63,527 nt of DNA, filler included, from Octopus bimaculoides (GCF_001194135.2; 8 parts of 8 records of this genome joined end to end with filler, not necessarily neighbours in it); one strand, 5' to 3'. Shown: positions 14,586-26,760, counted from the whole stretch's first letter. Made by a program: numbers and translations. The notes: generated from the letters alone by a model not told the origin.

Positions 14586-15178
14586 CATTACAACCATAAC
14601 AACAACTGCAACAATGTATTATTTCTAAATGTCTTTGAAATATAAATCTGTAAATAATGTTCAATGTTTCTTTTCCAATTTTTTTTTTATATTTATATTT
14701 TTTCCATTGGAATTTTTTTTTTATTCTTCTTATTTCTCTGTTGACAGTTTTTTTTTTTCTATCTGTTAACTACTCCTACTACCACTCCTAGCACTACCAC
14801 TTCCTCTGCTATTGCTATTATCACCACTCATACCCCCACCACCACTGATCGTGATGGTAGTGGTTAAGCTGGAGATGGTAGAGGTTGTGGTGGTGGTGGT
14901 GGTGGTTGTTGTTGTGGTGGTGGAGCTAGTAATGGAACTGGTAAAGATGGTTGTGAACTGAAACCTTTGATGCAAAGTACAACCTACTGATGTGGTCCCC
15001 AACAGATTTTGTCTGATGTAAAAACACTGGGACCTCCACCCACCCACCCACCAACTTCTTTCTTCCTGATTTCAATCATTACATATAACAATCAGTTCTT
15101 TTATTTGCCACAAGGGCAGCTACGAGGAACATTACGACAATAATCTGTTCTTGAAGAGGCACAAAGTCAGAAACATTT

Positions 15179-15230
15179 GGGGAGAACCAGTGGGGAGAAC
15201 CAGTGGGGAGAACCAGTGGGGAGAACCAGT
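15179..15230 (+). repeat. 13-bp minisatellite (GGGGAGAACCAGT)x4
   Basis: Four perfect tandem units. Confidence 0.9.
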
Positions 15231-15287
15231 GCCTGGCTGGTTCTTCATTTTATTGACTCTAGAGATTAATGGTAAAGTTGGAATTCG

Positions 15288-15365
15288 GCTTTTGTGGACT
15301 TGGAGAAAGCCTTTGACAGGGTCCCCCGATCCCTTATCTGGTGGGTAATGCGGAAACTGGGGATT
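15288..15365 (+). mobile_element. RTE LINE reverse-transcriptase fragment AFVDLEKAFDRVPRSLIWWVMRKLGI
   Basis: Canonical FVDLEKAFD RT motif; truncated by TTAGGG repeats. Confidence 0.85.
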
Positions 15366-15384
15366 AGGGTTAGGGTTAGGGTTA
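15364..15384 (+). repeat. Short interstitial telomeric repeat (TTAGGG)3TTA
   Basis: Three perfect units read directly. Confidence 0.8.
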
Positions 15385-15613
15385 CCTTGCATGGAAACAG
15401 GTGAGAGTTGGTGACAGGAAGTGCATCCAGCCAAAGAAAAGGGAACATTAAATGACAATGATTTCTTGTTAGTTTTTTTCTAATTCTTCAAACGAGTTAA
15501 ATTAACCAATTATATTTTGTAACTATCAACATTAAGCAATTATATTTTATAATTATTTTTATGAATTAATTATATTTTAGTAATGATTTATTCTGGCTAA
15601 TTATATTTATACC

Positions 15614-15644
<31 letters not shown>

Positions 15645-15661
15645 CTCTTTTTCTAAATCAG

Positions 15662-15808
15662 GGAAAGAAATTTGCTGCTGACCTTCTTCCAAATGGTAAG
15701 ATCAGGTGGCAAGAAAATAATGAAATTTTCAACTCACCAAGTGCCTGGGCTAGTCACTGCAAAAAACTGGTCAATCCTTCCAAAAAGTCTGGCTGTGGCT
15801 GGGCATCG
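15662..15808 (+). CDS. MPND: MPND exon (RAMA domain core) GKKFAADLLPNGKIRWQENNEIFNSPSAWASHCKKLVNPSKKSGCGWAS
   Basis: Long poly-T tract then CAG acceptor (AG 15660-15661), 147 nt open in phase 0, GTAAGT donor at 15809; hallmark SPSAWA and KKSGCGWAS motifs. Confidence 0.95.
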
Positions 15809-16818
15809 GTAAGTTTAACCCTCTTCCATCATTCTAACTAACAGACTGTCCACTACTTACTTGCTTTTTTCTTTTTTCTTTTTTTGATCCAGCTCGCAAT
15901 TTCTTTTTTTTATTTTGGTGATATGCTGTACTTAGGAAGACTCATCAAGCCAAGTGGAATCAGAGTCATGGCCGTTGCTAGAGTCATGCAAATGGCACCT
16001 GTGCCAGTGACACATAAAAAGCACCCATTACACTCTTGGAGTGGTCGGCATGTTAGGAAGTGGTGGTGGTGGTGGCAGTGGCAGTGATGATGGGGGTGAG
16101 GAAAAAGAAGACCGTGGCCACAGTGGTGGTGGTGGTGGTGGTGGTGGTGGTAGTAGTGAAGTAGGAAAAAAAGGAGGGGAGGAGGAGGAAACAGAACACA
16201 AAATGTGGTACTTTCTTTGTTTGCCAAAATATAGAATAGCGCCAGATAAATAAATAGTCATCCTTATTATGTTACATCTTAGGTTTCAACAACAACAACC
16301 ATAACAACGATGATGATGATGATAATAATGATAATAATAATGATAATAATAATGATAATAATAATGATAATAATAATGATAATAATAATCCAACTAAATG
16401 AAAATAAACAAAGTAAAAAATAAATGGTTTGCAAATTTTGTTTTTGAAACTTGAGATGAATCCAATATTTCTTTAATGGATGCTGGAAATGTTACATTCG
16501 GATATTTTAGGAGCTGTGTATGTTCTTTGATTTCTTCCTTCTCTTGCTGCTGTCCCCAAGATCATTGGTAACTGGTACTGAGTGAAGATTGATCATCAGT
16601 TCTAAAATATCATTGGTAGAGATCAATGAAAACGGTGCCAAAATATTGAAGTATTGAAGAAGACCAGTCAACTGTTGTTGTTGTTAGTGGTGGTGGTGGT
16701 GGCAGCGGCGGAGGTGGTGGTGGCAGCGGCGGAGGCGGTGGTATTTAACCCCAGGTCATCTCTGATCCGGCACCAACAGACAGATCTATGATCAGAGCCA
16801 TTCCAACCATGACTAAAC

Positions 16819-16853
<35 letters not shown>

Positions 16854-16986
16854 CAAAGCAGTGAGCTGGCAGAACCATTGGCATGCCAAGCTGCAAAAGT
16901 GGGTACCAGTTGAGCATTTGAGTCCCTATAATCACCTTCCCCACCTCTCAAAGTCACTAACCTTGAACCAAAACAAGAAAGGATCA

Positions 16987-17026
<40 letters not shown>

Positions 17027-18202
17027 GTTGTTGTTTTTGTTGTTATTATTAGCATATTCATCATCATCATCAGCAGCAGCAGCAATAACAGTAACTTGTC
17101 AATCCTTAAACTTCTATTTCAGATCAAATACAAAGGCAGGAAGTTAGTTTCCTGGAAATCACTTTGGTGTCGAAAGCAGCGACAGAATGGCAATGTCTGT
17201 GACAATCTGGTAAGCAATGACTTAAAAGTTTTATTCTACCGTTTTCTGTTTTTTTTTTTTTGTTCTTTTGCATGGCTTGATCTGTTATTATTGCTTGGTA
17301 CATTGTGTGTGTGTGGGTAAGTGCATATGTGTGTGTATGAATATATAGATGTGTAAATATATATATATATATATATATATATAATAAATAATTTGGACAA
17401 ATAGATATAAATCGATTAGTGTTTAAATGTTACAGGTCAAAACCTATGTTGTACTTAATAAAAGCCCTGCATCCCTCAAACTAGTTATTCATTGGATTTA
17501 TGTCCTAAAACTACTCATTCAAACCAAGCGCTGGGTTTTGTTGCCCTCACAGTCATTGTTTACCCAACTCTAGTGCTTTATCCCTGAAACCAGCTGTTCA
17601 GGTTAACCACGAAGGGTGTGCCGCAAAATTAACTGTAAATAAAACCATTGAGTTTTGCCCCTGAAATCAGAGGGTGACCCAGTCATAAGATCAGCTTTTT
17701 ATCCCACCACTGGTGTATGTGTATGAAATCAGTTTTAACCCAACCATTGTGATGTGGTCCCTGAAACCAGCTGTTTGGGTTGACCACTGGGGGTTATATT
17801 CTTGAAATCAGTCTGTTAACTCAGCCATTAGGTTTGTACACCCTCAAGCAAGTTGTTAACCCTACTTTGGGGTTTCTGTTTTTCAATTCAGTTGTTCAAG
17901 TTAAATCTGTCTCTAATAATTGCTGTTTATTTGCTGCAGAATAGGATTCGATTTTCTCATCCCTGCTGTTGTTGTTGTTGCTTCCTTATATTTCATCCCT
18001 TGATCCCTTCTTTTATCATATTTTGTTCTTTCCATCAATTGATTTTTTTCTTCACATTACATATATTAATGTGTGTGTGTGCACAGGGGCATGTGTGCAT
18101 TTGTGTGTGCATGTATGTATGTGTATAAATGAATATATACATATATACATCTACATATTTATATATGTAGGTAGATAGATGTGTGTATATATATATATAT
18201 AT

Positions 18203-18236
<34 letters not shown>

Positions 18237-19307
18237 TAATGTATAATCATACATGTATATAAATATGTGCGTAGGTCTATCTTTATCTTTTGTTTCTCTT
18301 CTCCTCCCTGCTACACCCACCCATNNNNNNNNNNNNNNNNNNNNNNNNNNNNNNNNNNNNNNNNNNNNNNNNNNNNNNNNNNNNNNNNNNNNNNNNNNNN
18401 NNNNNNNNNNNNNNNNNNNNNNNNNNNNNNNNNNNNNNNNNNNNNNNNNNNNNNNNNNNNNNNNNNNNNNNNNNNNNNNNNNNNNNNNNNNNNNNNNNNN
18501 NNNNNNNNNNNNNNNNNNNNNNNNNNNNNNNNNNNNNNNNNNNNNNNNNNNNNNNNNNNNNNNNNNNNNNNNNNNNNNNNNNNNNNNNNNNNNNNNNNNN
18601 NNNNNNNNNNNNNNNNNNNNNNNNNNNNNNNNNNNNNNNNNNNNNNNNNNNNNNNNNNNNNNNNNNNNNNNNNNNNNNNNNNNNNNNNNNNNNNNNNNNN
18701 NNNNNNNNNNNNNNNNNNNNNNNNNNNNNNNNNNNNNNNNNNNNNNNNNNNNNNNNNNNNNNNNNNNNNNNNNNNNNNNNNNNNNNNNNNNNNNNNNNNN
18801 NNNNNNNNNNNNNNNNNNNNNNNNNNNNNNNNNNNNNNNNNNNNNNNNNNNNNNNNNNNNNNNNNNNNNNNNNNNNNNNNNNNNNNNNNNNNNNNNNNNN
18901 NNNNNNNNNNNNNNNNNNNNNNNNNNNNNNNNNNNNNNNNNNNNNNNNNNNNNNNNNNNNNNNNNNNNNNNNNNNNNNNNNNNNNNNNNNNNNNNNNNNN
19001 NNNNNNNNNNNNNNNNNNNNNNNNNNNNNNNTATATATATATATATATATATATATAGATATAGATAGATAGATAGATATAGATATATCAGTTGAAGTAT
19101 ACAGTATTATATATCCATTACTGCTGATCTTACCAATCAGTTTTGCACTAGGGTTTCAACAGAGTGTTAGATAACAATCTGATTATGTAACCCTATGCTC
19201 TTCAGAGATGGCAGCTATGGAATGGAATATGGCGACTCTCCATTAAATGATGCACCAAGTGTTGACAATCCCATATATATGGAGTCGTCATGCTGGTGAA
19301 TTCTCCC

Positions 19308-19338
<31 letters not shown>

Positions 19339-20240
19339 CACAGGTGTAGGTGTGACTGTGTGGTAAAAGTTTGCTTCCCTACCAGATGATTCACAGTTCA
19401 GTCCTACTTCAGGGCCAAGTATCTTCTGCTATAACCTCAGGCCAACCAAAGCCTTGTGAGTGAATTTGGGAGACATAAACTGGAAGAGGCCTGTTGTGTG
19501 TGTGTGTGTGTTTGTCCCCCACCACCGCTTGACAACTTGTGTTGGTGTGTTTATGTCCCTGTAAGATCCACTGGGAGCAAAGAAGACCAATAGAATAAGT
19601 GCCAGGCTTAAGAAAAAGAAAAAAAAATTAAGGTCAATCCATTTGACTAAAGATTCTTCAGGGTGGTTCCCCAGCATGGCCACCATCTAATGACTGAAAC
19701 AAGCAAAAGATACAAACACACACACACGTTACTCTTTTATCTGTTTCAGCTCAAAAGCTGTGGCCACGCTGGGGCACCACCATCAACATATANNNNNNNN
19801 NNNNNNNNNNNNNNNNNNNNNNNNNNNNNNNNNNNNNNNNNNNNNNNNNNNNNNNNNNNNNNNNNNNNNNNNNNNNNNNNNNNNNNNNNNNNNNNNNNNN
19901 NNNNNNNNNNNNNNNNNNNNNNNNNNNNNNNNNNNNNNNNNNNNNNNNNNNNNNNNNNNNNNNNNNNNNNNNNNNNNNNNNNNNNNNNNNNNNNNNNNNN
20001 NNNNNNNNNNNNNNNNNNNNNNNNNNNNNNNNNNNNNNNNNNNNNNNNNNNNNNNNNNNNNNNNNNNNNTTTTTTTTTTTTCCATTTTACTTATTTTTAG
20101 AATTCTTATCATTAATCTTATTGTTGCTATTATTATTATTGTTATTATTATTATTATCATGTTGATGATGATGATTACCATTATTATTATGATCATTATT
20201 GTTGTTGTCATTATTATTATTATTATTATTATTGTTGTTG

Positions 20241-20295
<55 letters not shown>

Positions 20296-20386
20296 CATAA
20301 GTATTATTTTTTAAATTTCATTTTGGGCTTTTNNNNNNNNNNNNNNNNNNNNNNNNNNNNNNNNNNNNNNNNNNNNNNNNNNNNNN

Positions 20387-20417
<31 letters not shown>

Positions 20418-22629
20418 TTGTAATAATATTTCTTTTTTTAGTCAATCTGACTGAGTTAAATTTTTTCTCCTTTTTTTAATATTTTTTTTGTTTTTATTTC
20501 TATAATTACTGTCATTTGATATTGAAATGTAATTTTATTCTTATTATTTATTTTTAATATTATTATCATCATCATTATTACCATTATTTTTTTATTATTT
20601 ATCTATTATCTTTATTGTTGTTGTTGCTATTATAATCATCACCATCCCTCATCATCATCATCATCATCTTCATCAGTCGTCATCATCATCATCATTACTA
20701 TTATCATGTTTTCATTTATTTGTCTATTATTTATATTGTTGTTGCTTTGTTATCATTATTATTATTATTATTATTATCATTATTATTATTATTATTATTA
20801 TTAGTAGTAGTAGTAGTAGTAGTAGTATTTGTAGTTATAGTTTTAGTATTAGTAGTAGCAGCAGCAGCAGCTTTTTATTTTTTGTATTTTTTATTTGTGA
20901 AATGTACTTTTAATGGTGGTGGTCATGGTGTGGGTTGGGGTTATTTGTTCAGATTAACTTGAAAGATGCAGGCAACAACAGTAATTTATGTTTTTACTGT
21001 ATCACCTCCTTCATAAATTCGAAGCTTTGTACACGCTTTAAATGTGTGTGTGTGTGTGTGTGTGTGTGGTTGCAAGTGTGTATGTGTGACTTTGAGTGTT
21101 CATGTATGTGTGCGTCTGTCTGTGTGTATGCATATGTAGTGTGTACAATTGTGCATGTGTATTTTCATGTCTGTGTGTGTGTGTGTGCATGTGTTTGTAT
21201 CTATGATGTATGTGTTTGTGTCTATGTATTCGTGTATCTTTATATGTGTGTGTGTGTGTGTGCATATTTTTATGTGTGGTTGTGTGTATGTGTGTGTAAC
21301 TGTTTTTTGTGTGTGTATGTGTGTGTGTATGCGTGTCTGTGTGTGTATATGGCTGTCTCTATGTGTGTGTGTGTATGTGTGTATATGAATGTGTATGTTT
21401 GTATGTGTGTTAATGTGTCTTGTATATGCATATATATATCTATTTGTGTGTGTGTGTTGTGTATGTGTGTTGTAATACATGGAAAGGACCAGAAAACCGG
21501 GGGGGGGGGGGAATAGATTTTCTTGTGTTTGCTTATTTGAAAATTCTATTTCCATTCCTCGCAAACCTCCGTTGACCTCCAAACCGATTCTGTCTTGTCA
21601 TAAGACTTCCCAGCAATAAATTAAAATGTTAGATTCTATTGGCACCAACTTCAGCCATCTGCTGCCAATATAAACACGCAACATTGAATGAACCTGAGAC
21701 ATTGACAGATCAGGTTGTTCAACCATCTAGAAATAACAGCCAAATATCCCTCAAACCATACCATGCCCCTTGAAAGAATAGAAAAGGCTCTCTTTCTCTC
21801 TCTGCTATTCAGTGCTAACCAAGTATGGCTGTGTGGGTAAGAAGCTTGATTCCCAACCATCCCAATCATATGGTCCTATGTTCAGTCCCACTCTGTGGCA
21901 CCATGGGAAAGTGTATTCTGTTACAGCCCTGTACTGGCTACAGCTGTAGAGTGGATTTGTTTGATGGAAACTGAAAGAAGCCCGTTGTGTTTTTTCCCCC
22001 TCTAATAATACCAACCAGAAGTTATCAAAGGAAAATACTCTCCTCTCTTACAGGTGCCTCTGCTGGATGATTCTTCTAACATTATGAAAACCAATCGGAA
22101 TTCCAAAGACTTGTTCCATAAAGTGCCTGAATTTGAACTGGAACGAAGAACTACATTGAAACCCCCTCTGCCAGCACATATAGGTCATAAACCTATAACC
22201 AATGGTAAAACCAAAAAGTAAGTAAAATTGAATATTTTTCAGAAAATATTTACGACACAAAGGTTCGGGCATGGCTGTGTAAAGAAGATCATTTTGCAAC
22301 CATGTGGTTTTCGGTTCAGTCCCACTGCATGGCACCATGGGCAAGTGTCTTCTACTATAGCTCTGGGCTGACTAAGGAATTGTGAAAGGGATTAAAAGGA
22401 CATTCCTAGGCCGTAGGCTGGTTTCCTAGATTTTGTGGCATAGAAGTCTTCCACTTAGATGGGAGGCCAGGCTGTCACAGAGTTAATCCTTTTTGCCAGC
22501 CGAGTGGACTGGAACACTGTGAAATGAAGTGTTTCGCTCAAGAACACAACACATCACCCAGTGCAGGAATCGAAACTGCAATCTTACGATAATGAGTCCA
22601 ACACTCATACCACTAAGCCACACACTTCC

Positions 22630-22669
<40 letters not shown>

Positions 22670-25600
22670 TTATAAATAGCAAAATAAGGATTGAGATAGA
22701 ATCGGTTACTTGAAAAGATTGGCACCAGCGTTCGATAAACCTGTGGTTCCGGCCGATGGTTGATGAGTATGAAGATATTCCAGTTGTGTACACAGAGAAA
22801 ACCAGCCCTGTGAGTAATTAGCAATTAGGGGCTGGTTCAAATCATGCGTTACATTTGAATTGCATGTTGTTGGTATTCTCTAGGGTGTCCGACAAGTCGT
22901 AAATCCCTTTGGTGTGTTATAATCAAATGAATAATAACAGACGATGGATAATTGTCTGCTCGTTACAGCTGTGATGAGCTGACAATTATCCATTGTCCCT
23001 TATTATTTATATATATATCTTCATCCTCATTCTACATCCACTTTTCCCTGTTTGCAAGGGTCAGACGGGATTTTTTGAAGTCGATTTTCTATGGCCAGAT
23101 GTGTTCCTTGTTGCCAACCCTTAACTGAGAAACAGTTAACGATTAGCAGCAGGGAAACAGCATCTCAATGATGTTTTTTGTTTAACTCAGGCTAGCATTG
23201 GAAAAGGGGACACAAAAAGGAACAATATGAGTGACAGTGTGTGTGTGTGTGTGTGTGTAATGATGAAATAACAAGAGAAATACAAGAGTGAAGTCTTCTA
23301 TTATTTCATTGTTTTTCTGTTTTCTTTAATGCTGCAATTTTCCTGTTGCAGACATGTGGACTGGAGTCACAGTGATATTCAAGAGGAAGGTTAGTCACAT
23401 ATTTGGTTTTATACATATAGCTATTTCCTATGTAACCCAGTGTTTCTTATAGAGGGGTAGGGGTCTTATAAGGATCTTTATAAGGACCACCCCTTCATAA
23501 GAAACAAATTACCATCTTAAATAAACGCTGAAATGGTTTTAAACTTTTCAAATTTGTTCAACCCCTTGGCAAGGAAAGAAGAAATTTTATGGACTCAGAG
23601 TCTTTTTTTGTGTTCACATTAATAAATNNNNNNNNNNNNNNNNNNNNNNNNNNNNNNNNNNNNNNNNNNNNNNNNNNNNNNNNNNNNNNNNNNNNNNNNN
23701 NNNNNNNNNNNNNNNNNNNNNNNNNNNNNNNNNNNNNGATCAGATATAGTGACCGGTGGCTGACCAATGATGCATGAGTTGTGGATGGTGGAGTAGCAGA
23801 AGATGATTGGCAGTACACAACAGCAGAATGATAGTCATGTTACAGTAGACAGGAGAAGGATGTGAGAGAGAAGTGACATGTGATTGGGTACGTTGCAGGA
23901 GTGCGAGGGTAGAGGATAATTAGATCATATTAACTAATACTAATTACTTAATTACCCCATGCTATCTAACTAATATGTGTCATATTTTTTGCTTTTATTT
24001 ATTTATTATTGTTGTTGTTTTTAGCCTTGAACCTTTCATTAAAGGGAATTAAAGAAGAAAGTCATAAAGTACAGAAGTTCTCACCACCACAACAATGTCA
24101 CCAGCAGAAGAAAGTTCAACTGTCTCCCCCACCACAGCTTCAACAACCACAACCAAAACAACAGCAACAGCAACACAGTCAACAACCGCACCGCCAAAAA
24201 GTTCAACTGTCTCCATCGCCAACACTACCACCACCAGCACAACAACAACACAATCAGAAAACACAGCACCAGAAAGTTCAACTGTCACCACCACTACCAC
24301 AACAACAGCAACAGCAACATCATCATAGTCATCAAACACATCAGCAGAAGAAAGTTTCCCCATCTCCAAAACACCAAACACAAAAACTAGAGAAACCAGA
24401 AATTATTAACACATCCCATCCCAGGTTCCCATTGGTCAAACATTCCAATCTCCTTGACAGAAATGCTGAACAGTAAGTGTCTGGAAAATTCTTTCTTTGT
24501 TTTTCTGACCATTCCACCTCCCCACTACTCTCTCCAACACATTTGACAGAAGGGCTGAACAATGACTTTATATATCATTATCATCATCGTCATCATTTAG
24601 TGTCTGCTTTTTATGCTGACATGGGTTGGACAGTTTCATTGGAACTTGTAAACCAGAGCCTGCACTTTTTGCCTCAGTACATTTTTTTCTACTGAATATT
24701 TTTGCATGTAATTAACATGGATAGATTCCTAACATGGATAGATTCCTATCATTGAGATCTTATCACACAAGCTAAAATGAAATAGAGATTTATTTAAATA
24801 CATATACGAAATATATATACACATATATATATATATAGTCGCTTTAGTTCAAGTATTTGAAACAGTATTTTATTTATTCATTTGCTTATTTTGTCTTGCA
24901 GAGATCCAAACACATTAGTTGAGTGTGAAACATTTGAAGCTTATGGCAAGTTCCAACCGTTTAGTGTGTCTGTCACAACAAACTCCATGTTTCTCATAGT
25001 AAGTACTCTGGGACGCTTCCTGGTTCTTCTCTTGTTTCATTCCTGGTCGAAGCCAACCTGTTGGCAAAGGCACTCTCTCGTGACCATCTTTCTTTTCTCT
25101 TTGACCCCCTGTTTTGCTTGTCTCAATCACTGGACTGCATGGCCGCACAGGTCTCACAAGATTCATTGAGGCAGGTTTTCTTCAAATGTGAATAAGTGGC
25201 TCTAATCCATAACTTGAAATTCTTACTTCATTGAAGAGGATTTATTGGAATATGAAATTCATCTGGTCTACCAATTCTATCCATTTTGATTTAGTGATTG
25301 ATAATTTTTAAACTGATTAAACGGTTGTAATTAGGAAAATTCCAATTATAATTCTGTGTCTGATTTAACCCTTTAGCATATAAACTGGTAATGTCCTGCC
25401 CAAATGGTCCATCTGTTTTATATTCAAACTGACCAGATCTGGCCTCTCACATCTACCCTACAATGCCACTCTAAAATATAAACAATCACATCATACAAAT
25501 CTCAAAGCTGTGAGATAATGCCTAATTAATTCCAAATTAATGTGAATAAATGAGCATTAGATTTGGCAGGATAATTTGAATGCTAAAGGGTTAATCCTTT

Positions 25601-26063
25601 TCACACAAGTCTGGAGGATTTGCAAACATCACTGAAGTTGTTCCTTTCCTCCTTCTTCCTCCTTCAAATTATGACAAAAACAAAAGACCTAACCTTCATA
25701 TTCAGGGTTGAAGACTCAGAAGAAGCAAATTGCAAACAAATTAATAAGATTTGATAATCAATCACAAATTAACAAAGCGATTTCTCCTCTCTGTTTGATG
25801 AGCAATCAGTGACTAATGAGGTGATCCACTCTTCTGATATGTAATCTCTCTGTTTCAATATACAATCAAAAATTAACGAGGTGATCCTTCATTCTGCCTG
25901 ATAATCAATCGCAGATTAATGAGATGTTTCTTCTCCACTTCATTAATTAATTGCAAACTAATTAAGTGATTCTCCTCTCGGCTGTTGTAGGATTTCCACT
26001 GCCACTTGACAAGTAGTGAAGTATTGGGATATTTGGCCGGTAAATGGGACCAGAACACACAAC
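15662..26063 (+). CDS. MPND: MPN domain-containing protein (RAMA domain + MPN/JAMM domain), partial: 7 exons join(15662..15808,17123..17209,22054..22217,23352..23389,24025..24472,24902..24998,25991..26063); 5' and 3' exons not found
   Basis: Manual splicing: every intron is GT..AG and the phases chain 0-0-2-1-2-0 into one open frame. The peptides GKKFAADLLPNGKIRW..FNSPSAWASHCKKLVNPSKKSGCGWAS|IKYKGRKL and DPNTLVECETFEAYGKFQPFSVSVTTNSMFLI|DFHCHLTSSEVLGYLAGKWD match the vertebrate MPND RAMA domain and MPN N-terminus as recalled. Confidence 0.93.
17123..17209 (+). CDS. MPND: MPND exon (end of RAMA domain) IKYKGRKLVSWKSLWCRKQRQNGNVCDNL
   Basis: TTTCAG acceptor, 87 nt phase 0-0, GTAAGC donor at 17210; continues the GWAS-(V/I)KYKG motif. 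Confidence 0.92.
20071..21480. repeat. Compound microsatellite block (ATT)n/(ATC)n/(AGT)n followed by degenerate (TG)n
   Basis: Read directly. Confidence 0.95.
22054..22217 (+). CDS. MPND: MPND linker exon VPLLDDSSNIMKTNRNSKDLFHKVPEFELERRTTLKPPLPAHIGHKPITNGKTK
   Basis: CTCTCTTACAG acceptor, 164 nt open frame, GTAAGT donor at 22218. Its phase 0 in / phase 2 out is what is needed to reach the next exon. No homology support. Confidence 0.72.
22940..22997. repeat. 58-bp imperfect palindrome centred on ACAGCTGT (head-to-head junction of a Penelope-associated repeat)
   Basis: 29-nt arms with 4 mismatches; same family as 1861-1950 and 3575-3670. Confidence 0.8.
23352..23389 (+). CDS. MPND: MPND small linker exon (K)HVDWSHSDIQEE(A)
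   Basis: TTTCCTGTTGCAG acceptor, 38 nt, GTTAGT donor at 23390. Only the phase 2-in/1-out reading links the flanking exons without stops. Confidence 0.68.
24025..24472 (+). CDS. MPND: MPND low-complexity Q/P/H-rich linker exon with KVQLSP repeats, ending ..HPRFPLVKHSNLLDRNAE
   Basis: TTTTTAG acceptor, 448 nt open (frame of ORF 24009..24476), GTAAGT donor at 24473; phase 2 joins the DPNTLVEC exon. Confidence 0.88.
24902..24998 (+). CDS. MPND: MPND exon (start of MPN domain) DPNTLVECETFEAYGKFQPFSVSVTTNSMFLI
   Basis: TTGCAG acceptor, GTAAGT donor at 24999; matches the MPND NPHTLVE..KFQPFNVAVSSNVLFLL segment. Confidence 0.95.
25369..25590. mobile_element. piggyBac-type MITE (222 bp) in an MPND intron
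   Basis: TTAA target-site duplication on both sides (25365-68, 25591-94) and TIR CCCTTTAGCAT..ATGCTAAAGGG; a truncated copy starts at 11205. Confidence 0.88.
25991..26063 (+). CDS. MPND: MPND exon DFHCHLTSSEVLGYLAGKWDQNTQ (contains the JAMM Glu of the SEV motif)
   Basis: CTAAT branch-like site and TGTAG acceptor, GTAAGT donor at 26064; matches DFHSHLTRSEVVGYLGGRWD. Confidence 0.95.
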
Positions 26064-26148
26064 GTAAGTACATACTCTTTAACCAGTTGGTCTAGTAGTG
26101 GTGGGGGTCGGGTTGAGAGGAGGGGAGTGGTGGGGAAGAATTGGTTGA

Positions 26149-26183
<35 letters not shown>

Positions 26184-26760
26184 NNNNNNNNNNNNNNNNN
26201 NNNNNNNNNNNNNNNNNNNNNNNNNNNNNNNNNNNNNNNNNNNNNNNNNNNNNNNNNNNNNNNNNNNNNNNNNNNNNNNNNNNGTGTGTATGTGTGGTGT
26301 TTGTTTCTCCTTATCTTGAGATCATGTGCTAGTTGTAAACAAATGTTGCCATTATACAAGCAGTGTTGTTTGTTTGCAGTTTTTCATGAAATTATTTTTG
26401 GCCATTGTGCTGTTTGAGTGATTTCTCCAAGAAATATTACTTTACTTGGGAACATGTGAGGTATGATAACAGGAAGAGCAAGCTGGACATAGAAAATATA
26501 CCTTAATGAAGTGTATGAAGTTTTAACCTTTTGCATTGCTATATTTCTATTGAAATATACTACTTTTATTTCCATAAATTTCAAGAATATTAAAGGATTT
26601 AATAAGATAACTTTATCAGTATTAATCTGGTGTTTGGAGTATAAATTAACATGGAATTTTAATAGAAGGGTTATACCTTAAATGCAATGTTATTACCAGT
26701 TCAAATATGCATGTGGCATGTTTGAATTCATAAATAAGCCATTCACTGTGTTTTGTCATG

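Noticed and set aside
24095-24328. Mucin-like Thr/Ser-rich ORF (MSPAEESSTVSPTTAST..)
   Set aside because: Alternative frame of the MPND exon. It has an internal TAG and does not splice in frame to the DPNTLVEC exon, whereas the Q/P-rich frame does.
24713-24746. 17-bp tandem duplication AACATGGATAGATTCCT x2
   Set aside because: Ordinary local duplication in an intron; not a CRISPR-like or functional array.
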